Assembly: GCF_001447785.1 (NCBI RefSeq)
Contig: NW_015165858.1
Coordinates: forward strand, 434,001-498,000
Source: Gekko japonicus
Taxonomy: Eukaryota
Length of the DNA: 64,000 nucleotides
Direction of reading: 5' to 3'
Shown: positions 49,282-62,561 of the stretch, piece by piece
How the letters are laid out: every line of letters begins with the position of its first letter
Numbering within the stretch: the stretch's first letter is position 1
Made by a program: the position numbers and the translations under genes
The notes under the pieces: model-generated
What the model saw: only the letters and a program-made list of their open reading frames with translations
Told to the model about the DNA's origin: nothing
Databases searched by the model: none

Positions 49282-51720
49282 AAGCCGTAAAACCGCCAGC
49301 GTGAAAACAAGCTGTAACAACCGTGGGTTGCAATCCCATGTGCCGTGCTTTAGGAGTAAGCCTCCTTGAATCCGGTGGGGCTGACCTGTGCAAGAACGGG
49401 CTTAAGTTCAGCCCCCTCCTGTTGGCAATCAGCTTGGCTTTGCCAAAAAATTAAAAAAGGCCCTTGCTGGATATTTGCTCATGGTATGGATGAGTGGGCA
49501 TTTTCGCAAGGCAGGGTTTGTTAGGCCTCTCTTCACCTGTGCATTTTGAACGCTGTAGGTAAAACAGTTCTGCAAGATAAGAATCCATTTCTGCTTCTCA
49601 CTCCTCAGATTGCCTTTATTAATATGTTGTTTGCCTTTCACCATTTCCCTTTCACTGCAGCTTGCTAGTGTGATTCTACAACAGTCTATGTGGTTGGGCT
49701 TAGGCCTACCTTAGTGGCATTCTGTCCCTAGTGGTCTTGGAAAAGGAGCAGAGGATCACGAAATCCAGTGTTGAGTAGTGGTTAGACTGTTGGCCTAGAA
49801 TCTGAGAGATCCTAATGGAAGCTTGCTGGCTAACCTTGTGCTGGTCCCACACACTCAGCCTAACCTGCCTCCACTGGACTCAAACTTTGTTTTACAGAGT
49901 TGTTGTGAGGATAACATGGCAGAGAGGAGAATGGGTCTGCACTGGGGAGAAAGGCAGGGTAGAAATGAAGTTAAATAAATGTACGAGGGGACATTCTTTG
50001 CCTCTTAATTCTTCAGCATTTCATATTTTTATTCTTGGTTGCCTTTATGTGGTGGTGAATGTTGGCACTTTAGGACTGCACCAAGTCCTTACTTGTTCTA
50101 TCAAAGGCAGTAAATTTGTATCTCTAAAATCTTGTGTGGCTATGTTACCGCAGGTGCATAATTTATGAACAGCAGAGGATGGTGTTGCCATTCCTCATCA
50201 CTTCCACTTTAAAGGCAGAGGTCTGCCTAGTTAAGAAGCCAAAGTATATAAAAGAAAAGCAAACCTATGTTATATTAGTCAAACAAGCATCTGATATTGG
50301 CAGAAACTAGTGGGCACTTGTCATTTGGCAGCTGTTGCTAGTGGCATTTGAAATAGACTTGGCTACAGTAGAGCAAAGTTGACAGGTTGCAGTCCTAGGC
50401 ACTCTTACACTCCTGTCTTTAAACATAATTGTTGAGATATCTAGATTACAGTACCTTTTTATCCCAGGTATTCTTATATTTACAGCCTTAGCTGAAAGTT
50501 TTACTGCAACCCTAGAGGTCTTCATCCATGCCCTTTCTACTCACATGCGTCATCCCCTCCCTGCCATCCCACTGACTGCAGCCCTCCCTTGCTCTCTGTT
50601 GGCCTTTTGTAGCTAGAAGAGGGTGGTTTTAAGTCCAGTGTGCAGTCCATTCAGTACTATGTCAAGTTCTCATTTCTGTTGGCCTCCATCCCACTCCTGA
50701 TTATGAAAGATTAAGAACTCTCTGAGATGAGGCCGATAGCTATGGTGGGGCTACTTGGGGCTCTACCCCCTTCCTTAAAGGGCCAGCCCCACAAGACTTC
50801 CAGTGTTTGGCAGGGAGGGAAGAGAACTGAAGAAGGCTCTGCTCGGGCAAAAGCATCTTTGTACCTTCTTTCTTTCTCTCTCCGCTTTTCTTCTGCCGGA
50901 GCTACACAGGAGGCAGCAGGAAGAAAAGCAGTCTTGTGCCCCCGTCCCCTCCAAAGAAAAAACCAATGAGGGCAGTGGCTTGGGAAGGCTTGCTGGAGCG
51001 GGAGGTAAAGAGAGACACTTCCAATTCCCGGGGAGAGAAACTGAAGTGGGATTGGCAAATAATGGCAGCCCCACCAGGAAAAAAATTTGCCCCACAAGCC
51101 ACAAAATCCTGGCTCTAGGCCTTTCTGAGACTAGAGAAGTGATGAGCACAGGAATGGTTCTGTGCATGGTTCAGTTTTGTCTTCTCTAGGAGTGCAGGTG
51201 CTGCATGCCACTTGGATGTTCAGTTGGGTCACGAACTTTGTAGTGGCATCCCAAGCATATATGGTTAATGGCAGTTTTCAGTCATGAAGTCTTGGCTCAG
51301 AAGGTTAAGATAATTAGACCATACAATTACATTATATTGTTTTCAGGAGGGTTTTTAAAAAGAGGTGGCATCACATGGCAAAGTTCTATGATTTTATGCA
51401 TTGTTATTTGGTCACAAGCTCAACTAAATGAAATTACTTTAAAGTAAGCATGTTTAAGGCTGGGTTCTTCAAAGGGACCTCAGGTCTTCTCAGTTAGCTT
51501 CGTTGCACAGGTAATTAAACTGACACACATCTTGCTCCTTGCCAATTATAAACTTAATGGTTTAGTTCTGTACAGAATTACTTTGATCTAAGCACAGTGA
51601 AATCAGTGGGCTTAGACTGAAGATTGAACTGTACGTGTGATAGTTGCTCCTGTGCAGCTGGGGTTTTTTTTTAAGTCTCAACTTTAAAATTATATTTCTG
51701 TTCTCTTTTCATTTAGCAAA

Positions 51721-52000
51721 ATGTTGCCTACCACATCAGTTAATTCCCGAAGTCAAGGCAATGGAGCTTTAAACTCCAGGGATGCGGCTAGGCACTCAGC
51801 GGGGGCAAAACGCTACAAATACTTGAGAAGACTCTTCCACTTTCAACAGATGGATTTTGAGTTTGCTGTGTGGCAGATGCTGTATCTCTTCACTTCGCCA
51901 CAGAGGGTTTATAGGAACTTTCATTACAGGAAACAAACAAAAGACCAGTGGGCAAGAGATGACCCTGCTTTTCTTGTATTGCTAAGTATCTGGCTGTGTG
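51721..52000 (+). CDS. UNC50: UNC50 coding exon 1 of 5 (join 51721-52000, 53697-53817, 54811-54950, 55033-55134, 55928-56064; 259 aa)
   Basis: MLPTTSVNSR...QMDFEFAVWQM...KQTKDQWARDDPAF; acceptor AG at 51715-16, donor GT at 52001; exon phases join to 780 nt including stop. Confidence 0.98.
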
Positions 52001-53136
52001 GTAGGTATCTGGGAACTTAGTTCCATAAACTTTAACACTGTTGAACATCTGTATTAAGCCACTAAATGAAATCCTCTAGAGCTTTGGGAAGGGGTGCTAT
52101 CAGTGTGTTGATGACACTTAGGTATACATCTCTTTAACAAAGCATCCGGATGTGGCTTTGTACAAAATCAGTGCCTGGATCCTTAGGGTGGATAAGGGTA
52201 AATAACCTAAAGGTGAATGCAGACAAAGCAAAGCTTGATAGCGGTAGGGAAATCTGATTCTCTGGAAGGGACTGTCTTACTTGTCTTGGGTGATGACTGT
52301 TGTGTTCCCATCTGAGCATATGAAGTATTTTGGAGTGTTCCTGGAGCTGCCCTTGCTTTTACAGAAGCAAGTTGGTCCTGGCTGCAAGAAATACTTCCTT
52401 CTGTTTACATCTAACTACTCAGTTACCTGAGCCCTGGTAATCTAATGCTTCTTTAGCTTCCAGTTTGGCTTACTATCACACACTCTGTGCTTGGGTATGT
52501 TTTGCCAAAGGCAAGAGTGTTCTAAGGGGGTTGAATGGTCAAAGAAGCTCACAGAAACAAGTGATTTGCAGTATGAGTGGGCTTTTTTAAAAAACAGAAC
52601 AGTCTCTTATATCCTTTTTGGTTTCCGGGGGCTTCCTACAGTAGCAGCTGTGTCTCTGGTGGAGACTGCTTGCTACCCCTTCCTTTTTTAAACTGTTAGG
52701 TGCAGGCCCCCCCCCCCAAGCCTAGCAACACCTGATCTGCTGAGTCATGCCAGCTTGGGGCTAATGCCTGCACCTGGCGTTCCCTTAACCCATTATTGGG
52801 AGGGCTGAATGACTAGGAGGAATAATCCTGTGGCTACTTGCAGCTCTGGAACCAGTTGTCAGTATGCTGAAGCCAGAATAAGGTCACCTGACCCCACCAT
52901 TCCATAATCCTCCTCAGGCCTTCTTCCACATTGGCCCCACAGGGTGTCCTTGAAAACAACTTGGATGTTTCTGATGGTAAATCGTATAGCCACACACCTC
53001 TTGGTTGGGTTTCTTTTCTTCAGCACTATGCAACCATGACTTCCCTGGCTCACCTTTTTGAAATGAGAGTAAAGGTTCTTAACATGTTTTACACTTGCTC
53101 ACGTCTTACACAAAAACTCATTACGGGCCACAAATA

Positions 53137-53273
53137 CCCTGTTTCCCTGAAAATAAGACCTACCCAAAAAATAAGCCCTAGCAGGATTTCTATGCATTTG
53201 TGGTATAAGCCCTAGTGTGTCTTCTTGAGAAAAAATAAATATAAGACAGTGTCTTATTTTCGGGGAAACACGG
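53137..53273. mobile_element. 137-bp Tc1/mariner-superfamily MITE in a UNC50 intron
   Basis: Same TIRs, TA TSD, same length as the 18540 copy. Confidence 0.85.
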
Positions 53274-53696
53274 TAGCCCATTTCTTGCTATGTGTATATA
53301 TGTAGTGAATATGATCCACTTAAGTCAAGTCTCACATGACCAAAGTTTTACAGATTTAATGGGTTCTAGTAACAAAGTGAATCTTCAAAAACATGTGCAG
53401 ATTTGTCATGGTGCTCCATGAACCAATACATTATTAAAGGATTGCAAGGTACCAGTAGTGTGACTTCCTAGAAACTACACGCTATTGTACATTCAGGATC
53501 AATGGTGTGAGAGCAGAGCATTGACTGGAGTGTCTCTTAAGTACTGAACAAGGCAAAATAGTTTTTAGATGGTGAAAGCATATTATCAAGAACATGTCTT
53601 CCACTAATCTCTTAAAAAATTGAACAGCATTTGATGGTAGGGCACTATGTGTGCCAAGAACTAATCATGTATCTGTTTCTTGTCTTTCTCCTTCAG

Positions 53697-53817
53697 TATC
53701 CACGATAGGATTTGGCTTTGTATTGGACATGGGATTTGTTGAAATGATTAAACTACTGCTTTGGGTTGTGTTTATAGACTGTGTGGGAGTTGGCCTCCTA
53801 ATTGCAACTTTAATGTG
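53697..53817 (+). CDS. UNC50: UNC50 coding exon 2
   Basis: CAG|..|GTAAGT; (V)STIGFGFVLDMGFVEMIKLLLWVVFIDCVGVGLLIATLM(W). Confidence 0.97.
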
Positions 53818-54810
53818 GTAAGTCTCTCTGAATGAAAGGGATGTGGCATCTGTTTGGATTTTCTGGAATATGGTGTGATGGTTACAAGATAAGCAAGATT
53901 CTGGGGGCTGCAGCACTAAGCATGCACACTTATGAATATACACCATCGAAATCAGTGTATACATAGGGTTATGATGTGCAGAAGTTTTTTGCGGGGATAG
54001 GAAGCATATTTCAAGATGTGGATGAGAAAATTATACATTTCCCAGACACAGGCTGTTGGAAAAAACTATTTCCTGCATCCTGTTTCCAGTAATGGGACAG
54101 GAGAGTTTTCATTCTTGTCCTGTATTTGCTGTAATGTAACCTTGTGTGTACCACAGACTCCCAAGCCGTTTCTTCCTAACTGTTATGTTGTAATAGAAAC
54201 TTGCATGCTGTTTCTGTGATCTACAGACATGTTGGCAAATGTTTTAATTTAGGAAGTAATATTAGCAGCAAAAGTCTGGTTGTTGATAGAAGTTACTTTC
54301 CATCTTTGGCAGCTGCATTCAGAAGCCCATCCTGATACTTGAGCTGGTACCTATGATAACAGCGCTATGTGGGATAGATATCAGGCACCTCAGGCGTTCA
54401 GAATACTTGATTTACATTCTCAGTTATCCTCAGTTACATACAAGGTCTTTCATTGTGGATCTCTGAGCAAAAAAAATACATTTGACTTTGATACGAGTAC
54501 TGCAGACTTAAGGTGAATGGAAATTTAAAGATAACTTTCTATGTGTCACTCATGATGCAGCCAACATGTTTTTTGAGAATTTCTCAATTCTTGGAAGTGG
54601 GGGGGGGGGATAGTGGGTAGCATAGGGGCTGCAGAAGACAGGTGGAATTAGGTAGGATCTGTTCTGGTACTGGAATTTCATTTGTGCCTCTTAAGATCCA
54701 GCTGTCTGCATTCGGTACAAAAAAGAGTTATGCTGCATTATATTAAAATTGCCTAGGTTGTAGTATGTGGTTGTTGGTTTTTTATCCCCTTTTTTCCTTC
54801 TTTCTTACAG

Positions 54811-54950
54811 GTTTATCTCAAATAAGTATTTGGTAAAACACCAAAGCAGAGATTGTGATGTGGAGTGGGGATATGCCTTTGATGTTCATTTGAATGCTTT
54901 CTATCCTCTTCTAGTCATCTTGCATTTCATACAGCTGTTTTTCATTAATT
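54811..54950 (+). CDS. UNC50: UNC50 coding exon 3
   Basis: CAG|..|GTAAGT; FISNKYLVKHQSRDCDVEWGYAFDVHLNAFYPLLVILHFIQLFFIN. Confidence 0.97.
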
Positions 54951-55032
54951 GTAAGTAAATCTTGCCCACCCTTATCTGAAGCCGTTTTCATGCTAACTAC
55001 TGACAGGACTCAACTGTTGTTTTCTCTTGCAG

Positions 55033-55134
55033 ATGTAATTGTATTGAATTCATTTATTGGATATTTCGTTGGAAATACTTTGTGGCTGATTGCCATTGGC
55101 TATTACATCTATGTGACATTTCTAGGCTATAGTG
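55033..55134 (+). CDS. UNC50: UNC50 coding exon 4
   Basis: Follows an 82-nt intron; (Y)VIVLNSFIGYFVGNTLWLIAIGYYIYVTFLGYS; GTAAGT donor. Confidence 0.97.
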
Positions 55135-55363
55135 GTAAGTAACAATTAAAGCCTTCATCACTTTAGTAATATGAGGGACTGCTCATTTCAGGAGTCCCTC
55201 CTAATACTCCTCTTGGAGCTATTCAGTGTATGTAATTTAGAAGATGTGAAAATGCTGGGCAAAAGGCTGCATTTAGTAGTATGTAGTATAATTAGTGTAA
55301 TGTGCATAAAACATGACCACATATAATGCTAAAGATTTATGACTTTAGCTAAATGAGTGTAGT

Positions 55364-55676
55364 CAGGGGTCTTGTTGTAGAAAAAGAGCTGTCGGAGCTC
55401 ATTAGCATAACTCATTAGCATAACTTATTTGCATATGCCACGCCCCCTGACATCACTGGAAGTGACAGAAGGCCACACCCCCTGACATCACCGGAAGTGT
55501 GTCAGAAGGCCCGGCTACTTACCCTCCTGCTTCATCCTCATTCCCAAACGGAATGAGGATCGAAGCAGAGGGCGGGGTAAAGAAGGGGGCGGGGCTTCAC
55601 CACGTGACCGCCCCGCCCCCTAGAGATTCTCTTCCGGAGCTCCGTACCTGAGAGCTCCCCCCCGACTAGAGCCCTG
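55364..55676. mobile_element. hAT MITE (related to 38086) in the last UNC50 intron
   Basis: CAGGG...CCCTG termini, perfect 8-bp TSD AGTGTAGT. Confidence 0.85.
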
Positions 55677-55927
55677 AGTGTAGTTAATATCTGATTACGA
55701 TCTAGAAGCAGTTCAAGTTTCCACTCATTCATAGGAAGTTCACTGGGTTTAGGTCAGTTGTTCTCATCCATACCTACCTCACTGGATCGTTGGTGGGATA
55801 AAGGGGAAAGATACAAGCTGTAGAAGAAGCAAATGGATGGGTTTCCTCATCCGCCGTTTTTAGACATCAGCATCAGTGAAAATACAGGCTGCCTTGCATT
55901 CTGACCTTGAAGCTCTTCTTCTTTCAG

Positions 55928-56064
55928 CATTGCCATTCTTGAAGAATACTGTCATTCTCTTATATCCATTTGCACTTCTTCTGCTGCTCTACTTGGTTTC
56001 ATTAGCAATGGGATGGAACTTCACACAAGCACTTTGTTCTTTCTACAAGTATAGAGTGAAATAA
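55928..56064 (+). CDS. UNC50: UNC50 coding exon 5 (terminal)
   Basis: (A)LPFLKNTVILLYPFALLLLLYLVSLAMGWNFTQALCSFYKYRVK-TAA. Confidence 0.97.
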
Positions 56065-56292
56065 AAGTGGACTCTAACAAAATGGGTTGCTTGTTCTTGC
56101 CTTGTTGTGGCAGTCTCAGAATAGGTAAGAGTAAGACACTCTTGTAAATTTCTGTAAATACATACTCTTCACTGTAGATCAGTGTGTAAAGTTTTTGGTT
56201 TTCTAAAAATTTATTTACAGCTGCAGATTTATTGTAATTCTGTATTCTTCTGCAGTATCTTCCTAATGGAAAATTTCACTGTACATTTCTGT

Positions 56293-56298
56293 AATAAA
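56293..56298 (+). terminator. Candidate UNC50 polyadenylation signal (AATAAA)
   Basis: AATAAA ~230 nt after the stop, followed by U/GU-rich sequence. Confidence 0.65.
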
Positions 56299-56859
56299 GA
56301 TTTTTTTTAACTGAGTTGGGTGTTACTCTGAAAATCTAATGTCTGCCCCAGTAAATTGGTTTGAGTGCTTCCACAGTTTAAGATTTGAGTCCAGAAGTTG
56401 TTCTGGATGACTACATGCATCTAACCAGCAAACGACTTCTACCTTTCTTCACTCTTGCTGTGTGCTAGTGGCTTTAAAAGAAAAGTGTAATATGAGCAGA
56501 GGAAATACCTCATTGGTGTCTCTTCCCCTCCTGTATACAAGAGTAACTGAGAACGGGAATATATAATACAATGGTGAATTGCAAGTTTACAAGGAAAACA
56601 ATGCATTTATAAGTCTGAGAAGTTCACTGCTATGTAATGTGTTCTCTCATGTAATTTGGGTAGCTTGAGTTCAGAGGGTTAAAGTAAAATGCTAATTCTA
56701 AGAGAGATTGGTTTCAGTACTTGTAATTCTATTCTCTCACAGTGTACATACTTTTTCTGCTGCAGCAGTGTGTAAGGGCACTTCTAGTGAGCTGGAGGGT
56801 TATAAACTTAATTGCTCAGTGAAAAGTTTGTGCAGAAGGACAGAGTAAAAACAGGATGC

Positions 56860-59800
56860 AGGTTTTTTAAAATATTTATTTCAAATATTACGTGGGCAGC
56901 TGTGGCACATAGAACATTGATGAAAGGCACAGTTAACATGACCCAATTAGGTTTTCAAATATAGCAGCAAGGTTAACAAAAAAAAATCTCTAGCTCTTAA
57001 AAATAAATTTATAGCAAGTAAATTTGGAAATGGTTAATGGAAGTATGTGGAATGTCCTAGGAAAAGATGGCTGTAGGACCAAATTTGCAGATTCCACAAG
57101 GACAGGTACAAAGAGGGCATGAAGCAGACAGAATGAAAAAGGAAAAGTATCTTTCTAAAAAGAATATTATAGATTGTTGTATTATAACAACCCAGTTATT
57201 AAAATCTGAAAGCAGAAGCTATCGAACCTGCTTGCAGTCATCTTACTCTGTTGGCCACTGTTAAGGCTTAAAAACATTCAGAATAGCATATTCAAATCTT
57301 AGCAAACAGCCATACACCATAGTTCAAGTAAAGCACAAGTTGATCTTTCAGGGAAAGGGGTGGCTGAATTGGGAGGCCCATTGCATCTTGGCTTTATACA
57401 CAGCCTTGTATACTTGGCTTGGCCTACAAGCAATTCATGGATTAACACCTGCTGGGAGGAGAGGTGTGGGAGGGGATACAGAAGACCCTCCTTTCTAACT
57501 TGTAACTTTAGCACCAAAGGTTATCCAGCCACCACTGAACAGATTAGCAATTTAAAAGCTAAGTTTACTCCCTTCAAAAAGAGTTCATGGTTCCTGGATT
57601 TTAAATACTCAGTGACAGACCAGTGTGACTATTTGAGCCAGCAGTTAAACTGCACTTACGTTAAAATGTCAACAACTGAAAGCATTTGAACTGTCTAGGG
57701 ATTCCTTAATGCACCACAGTTTTGCCAGATTGCCATGGATCAGAAGTGGGAAGCAAGAGAGCATTGAGAGTTTTATACAACAAATTCAGGCTTTGATAAA
57801 CAGGATCTAACTTTCCTATAAGCCAAAGACTACAGCCAAAGACTACAGTCAAATACACATATACACATTCACATCCCCTGCATGTTTAACTTGTGAGAAC
57901 ACCCTATACTTGTTGACTAAAATTACTTTTGAGGAAATATATTCCATTCAGCCAAACTATGCTTGAAGTATGTTTTATTTACATACAAGAAAAAGCCTCC
58001 TAGAATCTGTCCCATGTTTTCATAAGCTAAAGCTTTGCCTTTCCTGAGCTATAACTGCAGAAAAACTCAATCTGAAAAATTGCCTTCATCATAAATTCTT
58101 TAGTACATCTGTAAATACTTAACAAAAAATACATTCAGAGTGCAGCCAGACCAATTATTCTCAATGAAGACAACACTAATACCAAGGCATGAGGGGAGCC
58201 CATGCACAGACTCTGGTCAATGTCCCAGCCAAGAAAAATATGGAAGTTTAACATGAGATTTTAAGTTTCGTGCTGTTCTATTGATCGATCCATCTAGACA
58301 TCTTGCCGGTAGGAGCTGTCCAGTCTGGGTGTCAGTGCCTGATCTAAGTCCAAGCAGTGTTCCCTATAAGCTGTGTGTGTGAGCGGCCACTCACTAACAC
58401 AGGAAGCCCTGCTCAGCAGCAATCTAGATCTGCACAGGATCTTACACTACCCATTGCCAATTTTAAGATTACAACAGTTACATTCTACTTAGGATGTGAA
58501 TTGAGGGAACATTGAGCCCAACCCCACAATCCTTTCTAAATCTAATGTGGACAACTGTTTATTACAACTTCATTGCACTGCGTATTTCTTATTTCCAAGT
58601 ATGCAATACAGAAGACTTCCATCTATGATCTTTGACAAATGGAGTATAAACTGTGTAAGTATTGGGAGGGGGGTGCAATTTTACCACTACAACTTTAAGT
58701 TGAGACATTTAGAAGGAAGCCATATTGACTCCATTTGATCAATTGGCTAGCAAACCAAGAGGCAAAAGGTAGTGCATTCTAAAAGGGTTCAGCTCTATCA
58801 GGTCTCTGAGACTTGGCAAGAGAAGTGTCAATTCAAGTCTAAATAACAATGCAGAAGATCAGATCAACTTAGAACTCACAGCACCAAAATGTTGACCAGT
58901 TTCCACAACCCCTATTGGAATGTGTGGTCTCAAGGTTCTCCTAACCCACTCTTAGAACAAATTGATTTGCTTCCAGCTTAGCTTCTTTTCACTATAACTT
59001 ACAAATGCAAATGGCTGGGCAAATTGGGTTTGGTTTATTTTGGACTTAGAACTCCTATTTGTAGGGAGGACACAAACACCCATTTGCTTAGCTGCTTGCA
59101 TTGGATGTCATGGTCCTTGTCAGTTATTCCCAAACATTCCTAAATCTGTAATTATCCCTCTCTCTGCTGTTCAGTGTACATTAAACTGGCAGATTTCATG
59201 AAAACCTGTAATACTTGAATGTTCAAAGCACTTCATGTACATTATCTCAGTAATCATTACAACAACCCTGAAAAGCAGTTCAGTATTATCATCATTCCTG
59301 TATTGCTGATGGACAACAGAGATGGTGGCTTACCTAAGGCCACTCAGTTATCTCATGGCAGAGAAAAGGTTTGAACCTCGGATTTCCTAGTTCAAAGCTC
59401 AGTGTCTTAACCACTAGGCTACACTACCTAGCAAATGTGTATGTTCCTAGCCAAATAAGAAGGAATCACAGAATTTCAGCGAAACAGTTCCATAAATCTA
59501 GAACAGACGTAATAAAAATGCAAAGAGTCATATTCTTTTGTGGAAACATCCTTGCAACTTAAATAAAATAGCTGTCATGTGATGATGATTTTTTAAAAGA
59601 AAAAATGAACAGGCTCACAACAGACTCAAAAAATAAAACAAAGCAAGCAGACAACCCAGTCACATCAATATAATACATCACATTCTTAAAAGAAGGCAAG
59701 ACAACAGTTTTTGGCAAAAGCTCATATCCAAGATACAGAAGTATCTAAGAATTAGCTCATGACACAAGCTACACCACTGAAGTAAACTTTGTTTACCTGC

Positions 59801-61298
59801 ATGAGTCACAGATGTGGAGTTGAGGTAAAAGCTCAGCTCATATCTTGGCTGGGGTATGATTAAGAAAAAAACTTTTTTTTAACGATAATATACTATTGCA
59901 TGTTTACTGTGCTGCAGAGCACAAAGTGCTTGAACTGCCTCTCTTCAAGGCTACTGACCAGGCAAGCATCTCTCATGTTCATCCTTGAAGTACAAAAGAC
60001 AACAAGCATTTAGATCTCACTTCAGTCAGCTGGAGTGCAATGCTTTGAGCAGGAGCTGGACCCTCTTAAGGAAAAAGGAAGCCACAACAACAATGAATTA
60101 AATATTCTGACAAAGTCACATTTTAAAAGCTCAGCTGAGGTTATTGTGTATCTATTATTAATCCTAATAAAATGGTAATCGGAGTCATTCCAAAAGACTG
60201 AACAGAGTTCATATAAAAGGAGATGCAAAAACAATTTTTTTAAAAAAATGCAGACATCAGAATGCTCTTTTGTCTTGAGAAACAACTTGGGTGTGTTCTG
60301 AAGTCTCTACAAAGGTTAAAAAGGAATAGCCTATTATCAAAATTTCCCTTTAAGGAGATGAATCACACCTCAGGTCATTGCAGATGTAACACCCCCTACT
60401 AAGTACAAAATTTCCTCAACATGCTTTCTAGGATTACATGTTGTGGACTGTGAATATGGGAAATGTTCTTCAAAATCATAGCATGTCATGATTTTGCTTT
60501 TGAACAACACTACCTTAGACTCTGGGCATAACCCAAGGGGAACTACTCTTGTACAAGTCCCTTTAATTTCAACAGGGCTCACACAAGAGAAGTTCCTCGG
60601 TAGATTTGGCCCATGGAATGCTACAAAAAGTGCTTCATTTGCAAACTCAGTTTAGCTTTCCTAACCATGGCAGTATATTACAAAACTATGTTTGCTTTAT
60701 ATATCAAAGCAAAATGCAGAGTTAACTCAAAGAAGTAAGGTGATTCATTTAAAAAAAACTGCATCAAGTTATTTCCTGCATAAAAATATGTACTTTTCAA
60801 ATCATTTTAATAAATTAAATATCCCTAATGCTTTTGAATATATATCCCTGATAATCTATAAAAGAGGGTTTGCATTAGCAAAATAAATGAACCTCCAAAA
60901 AGTACCCCCTTCACAAAATGTATTTTAACAACTATAGTTTTTCATCTTCAAGGAATGTAACAATATGTACAACTTTGATGTAGCATATCCTATCACCATT
61001 GACAGGTTAAAGAGATTACTATGATCCTTATGCAGCAAAGTCATGTTCAGATGGAGGAAATTGTGAATCTAGATAAATACCACCAGAATAGTATCAGTTT
61101 TAAGACTGTGATTAACCCTTATTGGGTCAGTCATTCCATCTACAGTAGACTTCACAGGAGGTAGCATTTCAGTGAGAAAGAAGAGTTGGAAATAAGGTGC
61201 ATGATCAGTGTCTTCATCTTCACTCCATGATCTGAAGATTTCATTAAAAAGTTTACAAAAAGACCAATCTTTTTTTCCCCTTCCTTCCTCTTGACTGA
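56860..61298 (-). other. Putative long MGAT4A 3' UTR
   Basis: AT-rich, relatively repeat-poor stretch after the stop. Minus-strand AATAAA at 57974-57979 and 56875-56880; Pumilio-type TGTANATA at 60964-60971 and 57976-57983. True end not determinable. Confidence 0.55.
58355..58514. mobile_element. hAT (Tip100-like) MITE in the putative MGAT4A 3' UTR
   Basis: TIR CAGTGTTCCCT / AGGGAACATTG; TSD AGTCCAAG/AGCCCAAC. Confidence 0.6.
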
Positions 61299-61325
61299 TC
61301 AGTTAGGGAGCTTTTTAATATGAAC
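61299..61325 (-). CDS. MGAT4A: MGAT4A terminal coding exon
   Basis: TTGCAG|VHIKKLPN-TGA, in frame with the preceding exon (human ends IHIKKATN, from memory). Confidence 0.92.
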   Translation of the reverse strand, partial: VHIKKLPN

Positions 61326-61717
61326 CTGCAATGCAGAATTGAAAAGTGGCTGATTAAAAACATAGCATGTATTGACAGGGACTTTCCACCCATAACAACA
61401 AAAGATGGTTTATTGTGTTTTTTAACTGAGTCAGCAACATTTTTTCCTGTAACATTCAACATGCCCTTTCAAGCACCAATCATTGTGACTTCTGACCAGC
61501 CACTTACTGCATATTCTTTAAAACAAAAATACTGTTTACAAGGAAATTATGTGTATCATAAATCAAAAGTGAAACTTCTGAATTAATCTAGCCTCAGGTT
61601 TTTCATACAAACTGATAAAGTAGTTAAATAGAGACTGCAATGTGATATAGTTACTCCAGTCTAAACCCACTGATTTCAATAGGCCTAGTTTCTAGTGAAT
61701 CTGAATAGGATCTCACT

Positions 61718-62237
61718 GGCTGCGGTCACACGTAACAGAAGCCACACAAGTGAGACGGAAAACAGCCGGAGTTTCCGGGCGCGATCTCACCAGCACATCT
61801 GGGAAGCGTAGCACTCCCGTGGCTCAACCGAGGCTTCCAGCTGAAACTGCGTGGCAAAAAACTAGTACCATGGAGGTACTAGTTTCCGGAAACTGCGGGG
61901 CAAGGGCGGGCGTCTGATCGCGTTTCCGGTGGCATCCGGCGCCCGCCCATGTCCCCTTGCAAATAAGGTGGGTTTTTTTGTCCAAGTCTCTGTGGATGCG
62001 CATGCGCACCCAACGGAGCATGCGCATTTGTCATGTACACAAAAATAAAAAACAGTTTGCCGCGGCGCACGCTTCTTCGTCGCGCGCCGGCTTGTCCTGT
62101 GATCGGCACCTCTCCCTTGCCATGGAACCTCCACGGTACCTCCACAGGAGGTCTGATCGCGTAACTGCGCAGTAGTTTGCCCCAGGGCAAACAGCCACGC
62201 TTCTCCTCTGCAGTTTCTTGCCCGTGTGACCGGGGCC
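61718..62237. mobile_element. CpG-rich MITE, PIF/Harbinger-like, in the last MGAT4A intron
   Basis: TIR GGCTGCGGTCACACG / CGTGTGACCGGGGCC, 3-bp TSD ACT; core closely similar to 3080-3340. Confidence 0.7.
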
Positions 62238-62561
62238 ACTGTTAGTTATTCTAAACTGTCTTCCAAACAGCATGAAAATATTCTGAGAGAGTTAACATAG
62301 CACTGGGATGTCACAGTTCAAAATTTGCAATGCATGCAAAAAAGGGCTTTTTTTCACATGGGAGCCACATTGACATGATCTCAGTGCATGGCACCCGCAA
62401 GCTGAGGCCACATACACTGACTAAAAAAAATCTGTGTCCATGCACAGCCAATATGTGTTGAAGAAATCTTAACAGGACATACAAAATTGTCTTATTCCAA
62501 GAAAGCTGGTCCACCTTGGAAAGTACAGCATATTCTGGCTGTACCCTTCCAAAGACTCAGG

